From: Somniosus microcephalus
Taxonomy: Eukaryota
DNA length: 64,000 nt
Assembly (NCBI GenBank): GCA_052327205.1
Contig: CM126220.1
Coordinates: 34,348,001 to 34,412,000 of the forward strand
Direction: 5' to 3'
This document shows positions 13,969 to 27,499 of the stretch, in pieces. Under the pieces are notes generated by a model, which saw nothing but the letters and a program-made list of their open reading frames with translations, did no database searches and had not been told where the DNA came from. The position numbers and the translations under genes were made by a program. The number at the start of each line of letters is the position of its first letter. Within the stretch, counting starts at the first letter, position 1.

Positions 13969-16334
13969 TAATCTACTATTATCAGTTTGACTTTTTTTGT
14001 ACTCCATTGCTGACCATCGTTTATCCATTACGTAGTGTGAATGTAATATCAAAGCGCTATGCAACATAGGACAGACACAGTAATGACTCAAAAATTCTTA
14101 ACGACAAGTAGTGACAGATAATGAGCAAGTTCAGCAAGTTTACTTTCGGAGTTCATTGCAGCTCGACATGATCTCCTCTACTCCATTCCCCATCATAACA
14201 TGCCCCCTACATCTATTAAGCAATTATACTTCTATAAACCTCTGGCGAAGGTTTGTGATTTACAATTAAATTTAACTGTTGCATATGGAACTGTCTATCA
14301 CAATAACTGCACACTCTAAACAGCGTGCACTAAAGTGAAACAAGTCCAGAATTGGGTAGCTTCAAACAATAAAGACGTTCTTCAGGAAAAAAAATCACTA
14401 GTACTTAAAAAAAATTAAAAGTATTCACTACAGAATTGATGGTTTTGCACCTTGAGAAATAAAGTAAAAATATGTGAACAGTAACGAGTTGGAATAAAAT
14501 TGAGCATGTCAAGATTGGCAGACATCCAAAAGCAATATATGGAAGTTCTCCAACTTTCCTCATGACCCCAGGTGTCTATGCCTGCAAATTTCTAATTCCC
14601 TGCTCCCAGATTAAACCGCATATCACTGGCTACTTACCAACTTTGTAGCTGTTGTAAGGTATGCTGGAAATTGAATATTAAAGAACCAGAAGAAGGGAAA
14701 AGGTGTCTGGTCAATTATTGCTTTGACTCTCATTTGTACATCTTCCCAATATTTGAAACACTCCAGAATTATTTCTTAGATTAGCTACTTACACAACTCA
14801 TTCATCACCCATTAGCCAATTATGTCGCACTGTGCTAACAGTCGGTCAGAGGTCATACTGAAATAATTCACATCAACTCTTGCAATTCTGGCAAACTCTC
14901 GCCCCACCTGCAAGATGTTGTGCCTGCAGCTGCTCTTGAAAGCACGTTACCTGACAGGTACAGTGTTTGCCAGACTCCCCGACAGAATGCCTCTTGATTC
15001 TCTCTCATCAGCACAGATATTGAGAAATTTGGCAGATGGATACTGGCAGTTTGCCCTCGTGTTAATAATTCCTGCTCCTGTTAAACCATGATATTGTGTG
15101 TGTCCAAATAGCATTTCTTTCAATTGATTTATCTAATAACATGCTTGTAGATGTCTTCCAAGGAAATAACGTCTCACTGTGTACTTTGTGTTAATACGGT
15201 TTGGCAATCAATAAAATGCTCTTAGAAGTTCTTTTTTGGCAAAATGTTTGGACAATTCGGCCATTTCAACACTTACTAGCTTCCAATTTACCAGGACACG
15301 TTAAATAGATACCTCAGCCAAAATATATTTTATCAGGGCCTTTATATAAGATCTTTCACATTTGGATCCTCTTATTTACTGTTCAACGTTCTACTCATGT
15401 TAGGCATAATATTTTGGTATCTTGCAGGATTAACTTTATCAATGCATTTTCAAACAACTAGCATTAATATACCAGTTTGACAGCAATCAACTTACAGGAA
15501 AATGTCAAAATAAATTAATAAAACAGGACATGGCATTGTTTAAAGATGGGATCTGTACAATGTTTTAAGGATTAAATTGCCGCCTTCAGTTTACTTGAAG
15601 TTTCAAATACAATGCAATAACTTTTCTCCAAATAGTTTATATCCCCTTCTATTGTATTTTAAAACATGAGAGTAATGGATGGCAACTAGTGATTACTAAT
15701 GAAATAAATCAAACAGCGAGTTCAACTGACAAAAATCACAAGGGGGAAAATAATTTCCTTAGTGATAATTACTTGTCCATCTTTTGAAATTGTTTACTGG
15801 AGTTTATTTTATTATATTTTTTCACCCTTTTTACTCTCTATTAGTAGTGATTGCCATCGGCGACAGATACTAAAAGATTACATTTGTGGCACCATTGAAA
15901 GATACAAGATTTTTTTTTACTAAAGTTGATTAATGGGAAATAAGATATTAATCATTTAATATCAACTTTCTTATCTCAGCAGCTTCACATCATGTCGCAA
16001 CGTTGCTTCCCTGACAGCAGATCCCGTTGTGTTGTTGAACAAAGCTTCACAAACCTATTATTGCAGATGACAAAACACAGCAATTGGCAATCTAGTGAGC
16101 TTTCTCTTCCCAGAGGTACAGAGGAAATATGCTTTCATCATGGGTAGTCTAGTCAGTTGTGGCTTGGAAGGGGAGAGCGATGAAACTTTGCAATAACAAT
16201 GTTTTTGTTCAACCTCTAGTAGTGGAGGGGGATGTGAACTCATTGGGCAATGCATCCAACCCAGGCCCCCTACTCAGAATGGTGACAGCAATTATCACAA
16301 GTTTATTTGCGTAGATGAAACCACCTAATTTTCT

Positions 16335-16565
16335 TTTTTTTTTTTTAATTCATTCATGGGATGTGGGTGTCACTGGCAAGGCCAGCATTTATTGCCCATC
16401 CCTAGTTGCCCTCAAGGAGGTGATGGTGAGCCACCTTCTTGAACTGCTGCAGTCCGGGTGGTGAAGGTACCCCCACAGTGCTGTTAGGGAGGGAGTTCCA
16501 GGATTGACACAGCAACGATGAAGGAACAGCGATATGCTTCCAAGTCAGGATGGTGTGCGACTTGG
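16335..16565 (-). mobile_element. LINE 3' end with poly(A), same family as 52110-52428 and 59735-60000
   Basis: poly(T) then aattcattcatgggatgtggg..., the reverse complement of 52230-52428. Confidence 0.8.
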
Positions 16566-16794
16566 TGTAGGTTTAACTTATTCCCCAGTCATTTGAATTA
16601 TGCTTCACCAAGCAATGCACTATTTCAATAGCAATGTGATTAAGAAGTTATGGTTATACTGCCTGCTCAAATTGCTGTTGAATTAGGAAGGGGGGCTCCA
16701 TGTATGCCTACTCAAACACATTCATTGAGTGCTGTTAATTAGTGTGACAGTGGACCTTTATCAGGTGGACTCATAAGACATGATTGGAGCAAGA

Positions 16795-17260
16795 ATCAGG
16801 TGGGTCGAGGCAAAGGTGAGAGGTCAAACCTGTCTGACCTCAGCAGCTTGAGGCCCGGGAGATTTTAACTCCTGGGCCTCATCTGCATGCCTCTGGTTAG
16901 TTGCCCGCCACAAATCCAGCGGGAAGTGGCAATGGTGAGTGGCAGGAGGCCATTGGCTGGGACCAAAGGAACGGCTTCCAGCACTCAGGTAAGTCACGAG
17001 GAGGGGGTTTAGAGAGAGTCTTGTGATCGAGGAGGGAGGGAGGAAGGGAGGAGGGAGGGAGGGAGGGGAGGGGGGGAGGGAGGGAGGGGAGGGGGGGGGG
17101 GGAGCTCGGGGCCTCAACTTTCCTGCACTCCTGACACCACAAGGAAAGTGAAAAAAAACTTAGCACTTTGGGCCTGTTCTGGCCCCGACTCCTCTTCCTG
17201 CTAAAATCACCTGACGGCTTCTCTGCTCAGGCCTTCAGTTAAAATAACAGCCGGGCCTCG
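16795..17260. mobile_element. GC-rich non-autonomous element fragment containing a (GGGA)n/poly-G tract at 17030-17102
   Basis: attttaac/gttaaaat motifs shared with other MITE-like elements in the window; pure purine run. Confidence 0.4.
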
Positions 17261-18611
17261 ATGATGTTTGTGTCAAGTGGGTAATGTTAAAGTCGCCCCT
17301 ATAGTCAATGATAAACTGCCAATGTTTGTGAAACCAGTAAGAGACTGCACCACACCAATGCAAATATGCAATAAAAGCCAAGGCAAGCAGAAAAGTTGCT
17401 TCATGTGGAGAAAAACCACTGGCACAGCCTTTATAGACTGAATGACCTGCTTCTGTGCTGTATAAGACGCAAAAGTAAGAACTAAGAACTATCAGCGTAT
17501 TAGCATTGGATCCAGTTATATCAATATTTGAAGTTCAGACTCTCTGAATACAAAATGGCATGCAAAGTCTTATTATAGCTTGCATCTCAGCTTTATTTGA
17601 TTGTCTAACTCGGTTTTAAGTGAAATAGTTTGATAAAAGATCATTCTTCTGTTGTCATTCTAAGTTAACCGAACTATTCAAAAAAATTCTTTAGCACAAA
17701 ATGTGCTGGTTATATGCATATCCTCGGTAACTGCAATGTTAAATGAAAAACATTACCCTTATAAATGGCTGAAGTCAGAATGAAAAGAAAAAAAAATCCA
17801 ATAATACTTTTTGAACCTTCTTAACAAGCTGCAAAGGGTCAAAAGATTACTGCACGGTGTCAAATTCTACATACATCTTCTATTTATCGTGATCCAATAA
17901 TTATGGTAAGTTAACTTGGAACAATGGTTTAAGCAATCGAGCCCCAATGTATATCAAATGTGCAGAACAGCAGATTTAACAGACTTCTTGCCAGCATGAC
18001 TATGGACAATACTGTCAATTTTACAGAGCCTGTAATTATCTAAGTTAGAAACAGATAGGGATCTCATCGACACTGCACTACAGATGGTATAAAGCTGTCT
18101 GATGGATAAAGACAATGAGGCAGTGTTTCCAAATTTTTAAAAAGGGAAAAATACATACACTAGTACAGTGTTTTCTTTGCCACTAAATTTGCTGTGGAAT
18201 ACCACAGCTGTTCAAAGTTTACTAACACAGTAAATAGTGTACAATTTTGAAGAGACTGTGAAACATGCAGTAAGCCCTTGCTTTATAATGACATTTTTAT
18301 TTTTAGTTTTATCAGTTCAAACAAATAACAGTGTAAGATGGCCCCTAATTACAGGAAATATACTGCTGGACTTTATTACTATCTGCTGCTAAGCCTACAG
18401 GCAGGTTGAGCAAGTACAGTTAGTGGTTGGAGGAAAAACATTCGCCATGACCAAAGTTAGTGGAGAAGGACGACGAGCTGCATGATCAGATCTGGCAGTA
18501 CTTTAGTCAGGATTTGTCATTATGCTTCTACTAATGGAGGACTGAAACAGGATTAGCCAATGTCAGCTTCTTTGCCTTTTTCTTACTTTCTGAACAACCA
18601 CAATTTTTTTT

Positions 18612-18768
18612 TATTGAGAAACTTTTGGACATTAAGGGAATTAAGGGATATGGGGATAGGGCAGGAAAGTGGAGTTGAGGTAGAAGATCAGCCATGATCT
18701 TAAATGAATGGTGGAGCAGGCTCGAGGGGCCGTATGGCCTACTCCTGCTCCTATTACTTATGCTCTTA
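18612..18768 (+). mobile_element. CR1 3' tail fragment
   Basis: aagggatatgggg...gatcagccatgatct...ggcctactcctgctccta. Confidence 0.85.
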
Positions 18769-18949
18769 ACTCAAGATGCAGTGCCAAGCCCTGTACCGCA
18801 TGATCCCACCAAGGGCGAGAAGAATAAAAAAGGGCAAGATAAAAATCAGGAAGTTCTCATGTCAAGAAGGAACAAGAAAGGGAAGTTGAGAAGAGAACTG
18901 ACCATAGCAGTGTCAACAAAATTGTAGATAGTTGCAAGAGAGAGAGCGT

Positions 18950-20460
18950 GAAATGGTGGAGACGGAAAGGGGGAGTGGGGGATAAGGAGGAAGTGTTTGG
19001 TAGAGAAAAAAAACCAATCTGCTTGAGATCAGCTTTCGTCATTGAGTTTTGGGAATTCCACTTGAGGTTAGAGAAGATAATGAGGGTATGAATATTGATT
19101 GAACAAATAGGATGACACAATTGAAAAAGGCGTTAGACTAGATTTGAGATACACAAAGAGAAATTCTGTCTTTGAAAAAATGAATGAAACAAACTTTCTT
19201 TGCTACATTAAAAGGACATGAAGGAGCATCAAGATACATCAATTCATCATTTCCAAGAGAGAGAACTAGAGGTTTTGTGCTCTGAGGGTGTACAGTCTGA
19301 GGGACACTGAGAAATGTAGAGTGGAATCATCAACAAAAGTATGGATAGGGTTGGATAATGAGTGAAGGAGGTCATCAATGTGAAACAGAGTAAGGCAAAG
19401 CCTTGGGGAATCCCAGAATTAATTGAAGGAGTCAGAGGATGAGCTCCTATCAATTACAGCACAGGGTGATTCAAGAGGAAAATGGATAGCTTTGGTGGGA
19501 GGTCAGACGATGGTAACTTGCTTAGAAGAGCATGATGCTAATCCCTTTGGAGATGGCCAGGGCGATGACAGGTGATTCATCAAAGGCATAATTCACAAAA
19601 ACTTACAAAACATAGGCAACAGAATTACCAGTGGGACAGTTATGCCTAAAGTTATACTTGTGGCCATTAATGAAGTCAGAATTTAAGATGATGAATAATG
19701 AGAATTAACAACAGCTTTCATAACTTTAGAATGTACTAATACAAGGGCAACAAGGGGATAGTTTTAAAGGCAAGAGACAACTTTCTTAGGATACTGTAAG
19801 CAAGCCAATTTCGAAGGAATAGGAAAGGTGGACTGGGAGTAAGAGAGATTGAACAGATAGCGTAGGACAGGAGTGAGTTTGGAGGGACATGCATAGAGAA
19901 CAGAAGGAAGCATCGAATCATGATCAGAGGTCTTACTGGAGTCCAGGGATAAACTTGATATTGATTATAATGGTAGACAGAATTGAGCTATGGAACAGGA
20001 TCAGAATTGGACAAAAAAAAAGGCAGTTGACAAGGCCAAATTTCTCAGTGAACAACAGGACAGAAAGGAACATTCACACAAATCTGAAGCACAGCTTTAT
20101 CAAAGAACAAAGACGGCGTGGATAGTGGAGCAGCAGGAAGACATCGGTTGACATGCCTTTTCAACAAACTTGCGTTAAAAGCTCTAATAGTTGATTTGGA
20201 GAGGTTACAAGCAGAAATAAAGTTGGCTCAGTATTTCGTGCGATCAGCAGAATTATTGAGAGACAATAAAAACAGCAGACATGATTAAACCAAGGTGGAG
20301 TACAGGATCTAGCAGAAGGGGAAGAGGAAGTTTTGAAGCCTTTCACACCAGCAAGAATATCAGTTACCTCATTAGCACAGATAGAACGATGGAGCGAGGA
20401 GCAGTAGTTGGATTAGGGAAAAGCAGCAAAGAATCCCCCAGGACTGGCTCAGCTAACTGA
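18950..20460 (-). mobile_element. Very old LINE RT relic
   Basis: ORF 19247-19453 contains INSGIPQG (compare RT SGVPQG); purine-skewed plus strand. Confidence 0.5.
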
Positions 20461-21779
20461 CCTGTGGTGCCAGATATCTGACGTATTCAAGTGGTGTTTT
20501 GGCCTGGTTTAAAAATTACAAGCATAACTGGGCAGCAAATCTCTCTCCTGTGTCTATTAACAGAATACAATAACTGTTCTGTATGTTATGTAATGAGATT
20601 CTATTGTAATCATGAATGCACAATTAAATTATTTATTTTTTAATCTTTGTAATTTCACTCCCTCGCCAGAAGACATACATAGAAATAAAAAAACAATTGT
20701 TTCGTGGCCAGGGGACATTTATTCTGCAAAGAAATAGCATAAAATCCAGCACATAATTTACACTTTCACGAAGGTTTTATGACTGGTGAGCGTGGTGTGA
20801 CTCTTGACCTTGTGCAAGGGATTATTCAGAGCTCAACTCCTGACCATGTACACAGGATTTATGGTGCATTGTGGGCTACCACCATCGCTTTTTCCAAAAA
20901 TGTTTCCATAGTTTGAGTTTAATTTGCTTTCTTGTTTTCTCTAGTCAAGTTATACTGGAGTCCCAAGTTCTGTGTTTCATGTTTATGCAATTTATTTTTT
21001 CATTCTTGCATTTTTCTTTCCTGACTTTCATTCCTTTACCCCCGCCCCCCTCTCATTTTAGTCCTTTTTTTGTTAGATTATACATCGGTTCTTCTTTGAT
21101 TTAATTGCCCCCAGTCGCATGTGTGTTCGTCCACTGCTTTAGCTTTTTAATTTCTTTGTTCTACACATTTTCTATTCCATCCGATTTCCTAATTGTTTTA
21201 TTTACTCGTTATCCCTCATTACTTTTAACGACAGGATTTGCCGGTGAAACTGCAGGAGTGAAATTTACTGTTACGAGAGCGATTCCATTTCTGACATGGT
21301 TATAGGACTGCCCACTAGATGATAGACTATTCATTAAAAAGTTCTGCTGCTGGAGTATTCAGCTTTTGTTAGTTTTAACCACATGTTTAAGTATAGCACA
21401 TTCTGAGCTGTAACGCCAGCAGATCTCAACAATGCCTGTGGAAAGGAAGAGGGGGAGGAAAAAATTGGACCAGGAGAAGATTAATTTGATTAATTTATAC
21501 ATTTTTTTTCACTACTGTCAAAAGCTGGTCTGAACACCAATTATCCAAACTGACTGGTGATCTGGGCCTCTCAGTATGTGTTGTGTGGATAATCATTTCA
21601 TTAAATTAATATTTAATGCAACATTGTATTAGCATCAATACACAGCCAGTTATATGAATGATTCGCTTATCTGAACTCTCTACATGACAGTGACTATACA
21701 TCAAGAAGAATTCATTGGCTGTGAAGCATTTTGTAAAGCACTCAGAACTAAAATGCAAACTGGCTCCGTTAATAAATCA

Positions 21780-22325
21780 GTGTGTAGCTGAGCCTTATAG
21801 ACCAGAGAGTCCCAGGTTCTACTCCCAGTCTGCGGTGAGTTAGCCAGAGTGGCAGCAGCGGGGTCGCTACAATTCCCTCAGCTATTATATTCAATATATT
21901 CAAGAAGGAGTTGGATATATTTCTTAGGGCTAAAGGGATCAAGGGATATGGGGAGAAGGCAGGGACAGGGTACTGAATTTGGATGATCAGCCATGATCTC
22001 ATTGAATGGCGGAGCAGGCTCAAGGGGCCAAATGGCCTACTCCTGCTCCTATCTTCTATGTTTCTAACCTCGCAAGGTAGGGAAATAGCAGGCAGGTATC
22101 CCATTCCCGATTGTTATCCAGCAACTCTTCTGGAAAGTGAACACGTACAGGTGTCATGCGAGTACAGGGTTGGGCTCCACTCTGATGCACATATGGTCTA
22201 ATAGCCACTCGACATCGAGGTTCACCTATGAATAATTGTCACTTGCGAGGGGGACCGGATGATACCCGATTAGTGGAACCATACCTCAGGGAGTCAACAC
22301 CTTTGGGGTGGGAGAAGGGGAAAGG
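21780..22325 (+). mobile_element. tRNA-head SINE-like family 'A', interrupted by a young CR1 tail
   Basis: gtgtagctgagc..agaccag..ccaggttc..gctacaatt.cctcagc | cctcgcaaggtagggaaa..tatccag..ctggaaagtg; homologous to 32836, 50140 and other copies. Confidence 0.7.
21893..22065 (+). mobile_element. Young CR1 3' end
   Basis: Near-identical to ~9320-9492. Confidence 0.92.
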
Positions 22326-22474
22326 ATTCTGCAAGCAGCATCAGCATTAGAAGCCACCGAATAAGAGTAAACGCTGTTCAAGGAAACAAAGAAAACAGAA
22401 ACTATAATGAAGATGCAATTAGCAATGAGACCAACAGCAACATTTTCAGGCACTCCAGATAAACATTGAGAATA

Positions 22475-22830
22475 ATTAAGCCATAGTCTTTGGCTCCCAC
22501 AACAAACTCCGTACCCTTGCCATTGATTCCTTCCCCTTCCCTGGCCACTGTCTCCGGTTGAAACAGACTATTTGTAATCTAAGCAGCCTAGATGACCTGG
22601 AGCTGAGTTTCCAACCTCCATATCCTCTCCATCGCTTTATGAGTTCACAACCTCTGTTCCTCTGATTGTGGATACTGCTCCTCTGCTGCCCGTTCACTCC
22701 ACCATCAGAAGCTAATCTTTCAGCGACTGTGCCCTAACTATGGAACACTCTTGCAAAGCCACTTCATCTTGTTACTTCTCTCCATGCCTTCAAAAGTCTC
22801 CTTAAATCCTATCTTTTAGATCTGGCCTGT
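22475..22830 (+). mobile_element. L2 LINE ORF2 3' fragment, decayed
   Basis: Similar to the reverse complement of L2 copies at 60005-60680 (ctggagctgagtttcc; ctatggaacactct; ccttcaaaagtctccttaaa). Confidence 0.6.
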
Positions 22831-22870
22831 GGTCTCGCCTCCCCCTAAATTTCATTACATCCCACTCTAT

Positions 22871-23232
22871 GGCTCGGATTTTGCGATGGGTAATGATGGC
22901 AAACTTTTTTTAAAAGTTTGTTCATGATATTTCAGCTTTTACCTTAAGCCCATGTGTATGTCCCAATCTTTATTTCACGCTCTAACATTTAAAAAAAGCG
23001 CAGATAATCAGTGCTTTTCATTTCCTGGTTTGCTGGCTGTGCGAATTCTTCAATGTGATTGGCTGCTTAGACAGCTTGATGACATCATTGCTGCTGTATG
23101 CTAGGAATCCCCTATTGACAGCGCAACAGTCATTTACACGTTGAGGAAGCTAAATTTTTGGTCACAGATTGCGAGATCTCTGTGGGCAGCTTTCTTTGAT
23201 TGCGCATCGCCAGTGATCGCAAATTATGGGCC
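22871..23232. mobile_element. MITE with Harbinger-like TIRs
   Basis: Left end ggctcggattttgcgat; right end reverse complement ggcccataatttgcgat. Confidence 0.6.
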
Positions 23233-23996
23233 AATGTTTACTTCCCACTCAATGTTTACAAGGAGGGGTTAGGAAATCCAAGACATAAGATGTGAGAAGC
23301 ATTATACATGTGTTAGCTTATGTGGTTAAAAGGGAAATTTTCCTTCATTCATTTACACAAAAGTCTGTTCTGTAAAGTAGAAAATCGGAGTAATCTATGT
23401 CAAGTGCAGTTTTACAGTTCACCTCCTCAATTCTATCAATTGCAAATCAATAATTAACAAAGCTGCATTACCAAGTGTAAACATAAGAGTTAAGCTTTCC
23501 AATTTTCTTTGGTTTCAATATTCATTTCAAGTGATTTTTAGGTTTCACCAATTCTACATGTAATTTGTCATTTCGTTAATAAATTGCTTTAATTTTTTCA
23601 TTTTAAAAATTTAACCAGGATCATAAAATCAGATTTTAAAAATTTAGCCATGACCCCAATACATTTATTTATCTTTTGGCATCAGTAAGTGGAAGCAATA
23701 GACACCCAATTCACCTTGTAAAAGAAAATATGTACATGGACCTCTTGGTAATATACGAGTTTCCTGGCACAATCAGGTAGCAGAGATAACTTCATTCATC
23801 CTGGTGAACTCACAGAAAGGTCCTGGTGAGAAGGTTTTGTTCTTTTGTTCCCATAAGTTTTGATAGTTTGATAACACTGATAAACTAAGATGAGCAAAAA
23901 TTGCATTTATGCATTTGGGATTATCATCAGTTAAACTCAAAATCTGAGAATCCCAACCATAAGTCTAAGCTTTGGAAGCAATATTGCTAAGGGACA

Positions 23997-24064
23997 AGAG
24001 AGGGAGGTGAGAGACACACAGAGAAAGACAGAAAGACAGAGAGAGAGAGAGAGAGAGACAGAGT
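23997..24064 (+). repeat. (GA)n / GACA microsatellite next to a DeuSINE tail relic
   Basis: gagagagagagagagagagagagaca. Confidence 0.85.
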
Positions 24065-24793
24065 CTTGCAGGATGTCCCAAAATACTTTACAGCCAATGA
24101 GGTACTTTTGAACTGGAGTCTTGTGAAGCAACAGATCCACTGTTTTGGTTTCAGCTCAGGCAGGAATGTTCTCCCACTTCCCCGAGAGAAATTCCAGCAA
24201 GGACAATGCTGAATTATTTCCTTACCGCCCAGTTTCAGGATGAAAGAATCAGATCACAAAATAAAAAGTTATTTGTAGTACAAAGCTCAAATTGAAAATT
24301 GCTCAGCATTGGTGAAAGATGCACAACAAAGGTTGGCACTGGCTAAAGAAATAAAGTGAAGTGAAGATATTGCTTTGTCTGTTGAGTCACAAATGTCTTG
24401 TGCTTTCCAGAACACAACTTCCATCTTTCCATTACATGTAAACATATATAAAATTAACACGACCGGCATTAAACTGTGAAATATCACTTTTATTTAATAA
24501 GGGCAGATAACACCATAACTCACCTCTTAAATTGTCAGTATATTACAAGTCATCCACACCAGTTTAATTTTATGGTTTAATCTACTTAGACTAAAATCCA
24601 GACCGCAAAATATTAGTAGTTTGCTGGTTCTGCCAAACACACAACCCATCCTCCTCCCACATTAAGAACTAAAAAGGAACACCAAAAGCTAAGTGGTCCT
24701 TTGAGCATTTTTTTTTACTAAAACTGTAATTTGAAAAGTAATTTGACTGATTGCTCCAGATCAGTGCCACCACATATTTCTTATTCCGCTATA

Positions 24794-25668
24794 CAGTAAT
24801 CCCTTCCCAACCGCGGGGGATACATCCTTGAAAATCCCCGTGGTTGGTAAAACCGCAGTTGGCAAATATAAGACCTTATGGGGAAAAATGGGGTTAGGGG
24901 GAAACGCAGCCGCACTTACACTCGTCAGAGCCTAAGTAAGTTGCTTTATTTTAAATAACACAATAAAAAAGATCATCAATCGAGGGGGGTGAATGCGGAG
25001 AAGCGACATCGTGGCTGGTTGGTGCAACTGGGTCATCAACTGGGCGGTTTCTTAAAGAATTCTGACTCATGATTGACTCATTTTTTTCTGAATATCTTTC
25101 TGGACCTGCTTGTATGGCCTCATTAAATCCTCCAAACCTCGCTTGAATTTTAAACTACGCTCCAAGAATGGGTCAATCTCCATAAAGAGGTCGGAGAGAT
25201 TAGTAGCAAGGAGCATTGCCTTGCTAAGGTTGGCACTTGTCATCTTCGACTTCTCCACCATATCCTCATCCTCAGACTCACTGGAATGCTGCATCAGCTC
25301 ATCAAGGTCCCCCTCCGTCAACTCCTCGCCGTGCGACTCAAGGAGCTCCTCGACGTCATCAGGCTGTATGTCGGCCAGCCCCTCGCCTCCCAAACATCGC
25401 GCAACCTTCACGTCAACTGTAGGGAAGCCTCGGAGACAATGTTCACACACACACACAGTATATCCACGAGTGGAGCGAGACCATGCCTGGTAGCAAGTAT
25501 GCTGAAAAGAGCGTCTCGTGTTTGGAAGCACGACCCATGAAACTTGAAAATTAAAAACCGCGTATATGCAAAGTTTACTGCCGCGGTTGGCAAAAATTGT
25601 CGCAGAGAGGAAACCGTGTATACTTGAAATCCGCGTATGGCAAAACCGCGGTTGGGGCGGGATTCCTG
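24794..25668 (-). mobile_element. Internally deleted Tigger/pogo (Tc1-mariner) DNA transposon
   Basis: TA|cagtaatcccttcccaaccgcg ... cgcggttggggcgggattcctg|TA (TIRs plus TA TSD); retains TIGD1-like C-terminus LGGEGLADIQPDDVEELLESHGEELT...DPFLERSLKFKRGL. Confidence 0.92.
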
Positions 25669-26394
25669 TACTTAGTACAGACTTAAAACAATCCACTTTC
25701 TACCAACTAAGGCTAATAAATTGCAGGATACTTTACTTGGCGAGCATAGAATCTCTTTTGTTTTCTCTCACCCCCGGCCCATTTTTTTCCCTAATTTCCC
25801 CTACAGGAAGGTCAGGCCAAACTGCTGCCAATTCTGGGCCATTGCCACTTTGAGCCAGTTTCTATGAGACGCACAAGTGTATTTTGGTAACAATGATCCC
25901 TTCAATTTTCCCTCTGCTAAGTACTGCTTTGCAAGAACACAGCAGAGATGAAATTCAAGAGTCTGGGAGATGAGGACAAGGAATCCATATCTACCAATAG
26001 GTGGCACTCTGCACTGGTACTCCACTGTGCTTTGCCACCATATTGCTTATTAATGACAAGTACTCTGATCTAGTACAATATTTCCCACTCACCTTATTTG
26101 TTTTGACATATTGGCAATTCCCTCTATAGTTTTAATATTTAAAAGCCGTTGGGAGTTAAAATATGGGGAGTATTTTGATAGAGAATATTTGAAGAACAGG
26201 TTATTACAGGGCCTACTCCTGCAGTATCCCTTTAACCCAGATTCAGACATTTTCCAATTCAAAAGAATGTACAGTTTCTAGTTATGAGCATGAACTAAAA
26301 CTGACTGCATTCTTTCCAAAACAATATTGTAGTCCCAAGCCCAACCTCCCTGCCCTTGAACCATAGCAACTGCTTTTTAAAACTTCAGCTTAGA

Positions 26395-26680
26395 GGGCAG
26401 TGGGTGTTGTAGTGGGTGGTGTAGCACAGCTCCCTTTCACCTCTGGGGCCTGTGTTTGAATCCAGTGCAGACTCGCGACGCGACAGTTTCTCTTTCTGCT
26501 GGCTCAAAGAGTCTTGTGTGAACGGAGTTGCAGCATTCCAAACCCAGCTACGAGTGGTGTAGCACGGGGCAAATCACAAAACTGCCCACAAATCAGCACA
26601 AATTGGCACTTTCAGTCAGAGAGGTCAAAAGAATGACTGGTGTGGGAAATGGAAAAGTTCATGGTGCAGTGGGAGAGAAT
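26395..26680 (+). mobile_element. LF-SINE-like element
   Basis: cctttcacctctggg..gtttgaatccag, tgtgaa..gagttg, atcacaaaac..cacaa..aattggcac and cagagaggtcaa occur in the order of the LF-SINE consensus as recalled. Confidence 0.65.
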
Positions 26681-26799
26681 GAGCTACAGCTCACAAAATG
26701 TTCAAGCTACTATTTATGTGCTAAATGACAAATAGCTAAATATCTCTTCAAATCCATCATTGGCTTCTGTACAGAAAGTAAATGCTGCTCTTAGTACTT

Positions 26800-27102
26800 C
26801 ATAGAAACATAGAAGATAGGAGCAGGAGTAGGCCATTTGGCCCCTCGAGCCTGCTCTGCCATTCAATGAGATCATGGCTGATCATCCAAATGCAGTACTT
26901 TGTCCCTGCTTTCTCCCCATATCCCTTGATCCCTTTAGCCTTAAGAAATATATCTAACTCCTTCTTGAATATATATTTAATAAATTGGCCTCAACTGCCT
27001 TCTGTGGTGGAGAATGCCACAGGTTCACCACTCTCTGGGTGAGGAAATTCCTCCTCATCTCTTCCTAAATGGCTTACCCCTTATCCTTAGACTGTGACCC
27101 CT
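26800..27102 (-). mobile_element. Young CR1 3' end
   Basis: catagaaacatagaagataggagcagg...gactgtgacccctg; reverse complement of ~9193-9495 with small indels. Confidence 0.92.
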
Positions 27103-27499
27103 GATTCACTTCCATACAGCTGACCATATGTGCAATACTACTGATAGGAAGCATCAGAATATGGCAGACGCACATTAGTAGTGGAGAGGAAACACAGTAA
27201 TTCTAGTCACTAGTCTAACTCAGAAACACACAAACCAACCTTCACACGCTACTCATCAGACAACCTGAATAAATCAACTTCAAAATATCAAAACATATAT
27301 AAAGTGCAAATATGAAAAACTCAAATAAAGAAATAATTATTGTAATAAGAATTGAATCATGTGTCAATGATCACATAAGTGCAGCATAGATTTAATTGTA
27401 CTTGCAGTAAGCACAGAATCTGAAATGGCACAATAATGTAGTTCTTGATAAAATAAAATAAACTTTATTCTGCTTTGCTAGTTCTAGAAGTTTTTGTTC

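Noticed and set aside
14638-14663. Candidate minus-strand microexon (tttccag|26 nt|gtaagt) as EMI gene exon 4
   Set aside because: Not frame-preserving and no similarity to the expected next exons; the true exon 4 was not found and probably lies beyond position 1
14951-15077. Candidate minus-strand exon with open frames (aacag|...tcag|gtaacg)
   Set aside because: No EMID1/COL26A1 similarity and phases do not fit the expected 1-1 exon
16824-17166. Proline-rich ORFs
   Set aside because: Translation of a (GGGA)n low-complexity tract
25067-25696. 209-aa ORF as a domesticated TIGD gene
   Set aside because: Lacks the DNA-binding and DDE domains and lies within TIRs; a deletion derivative
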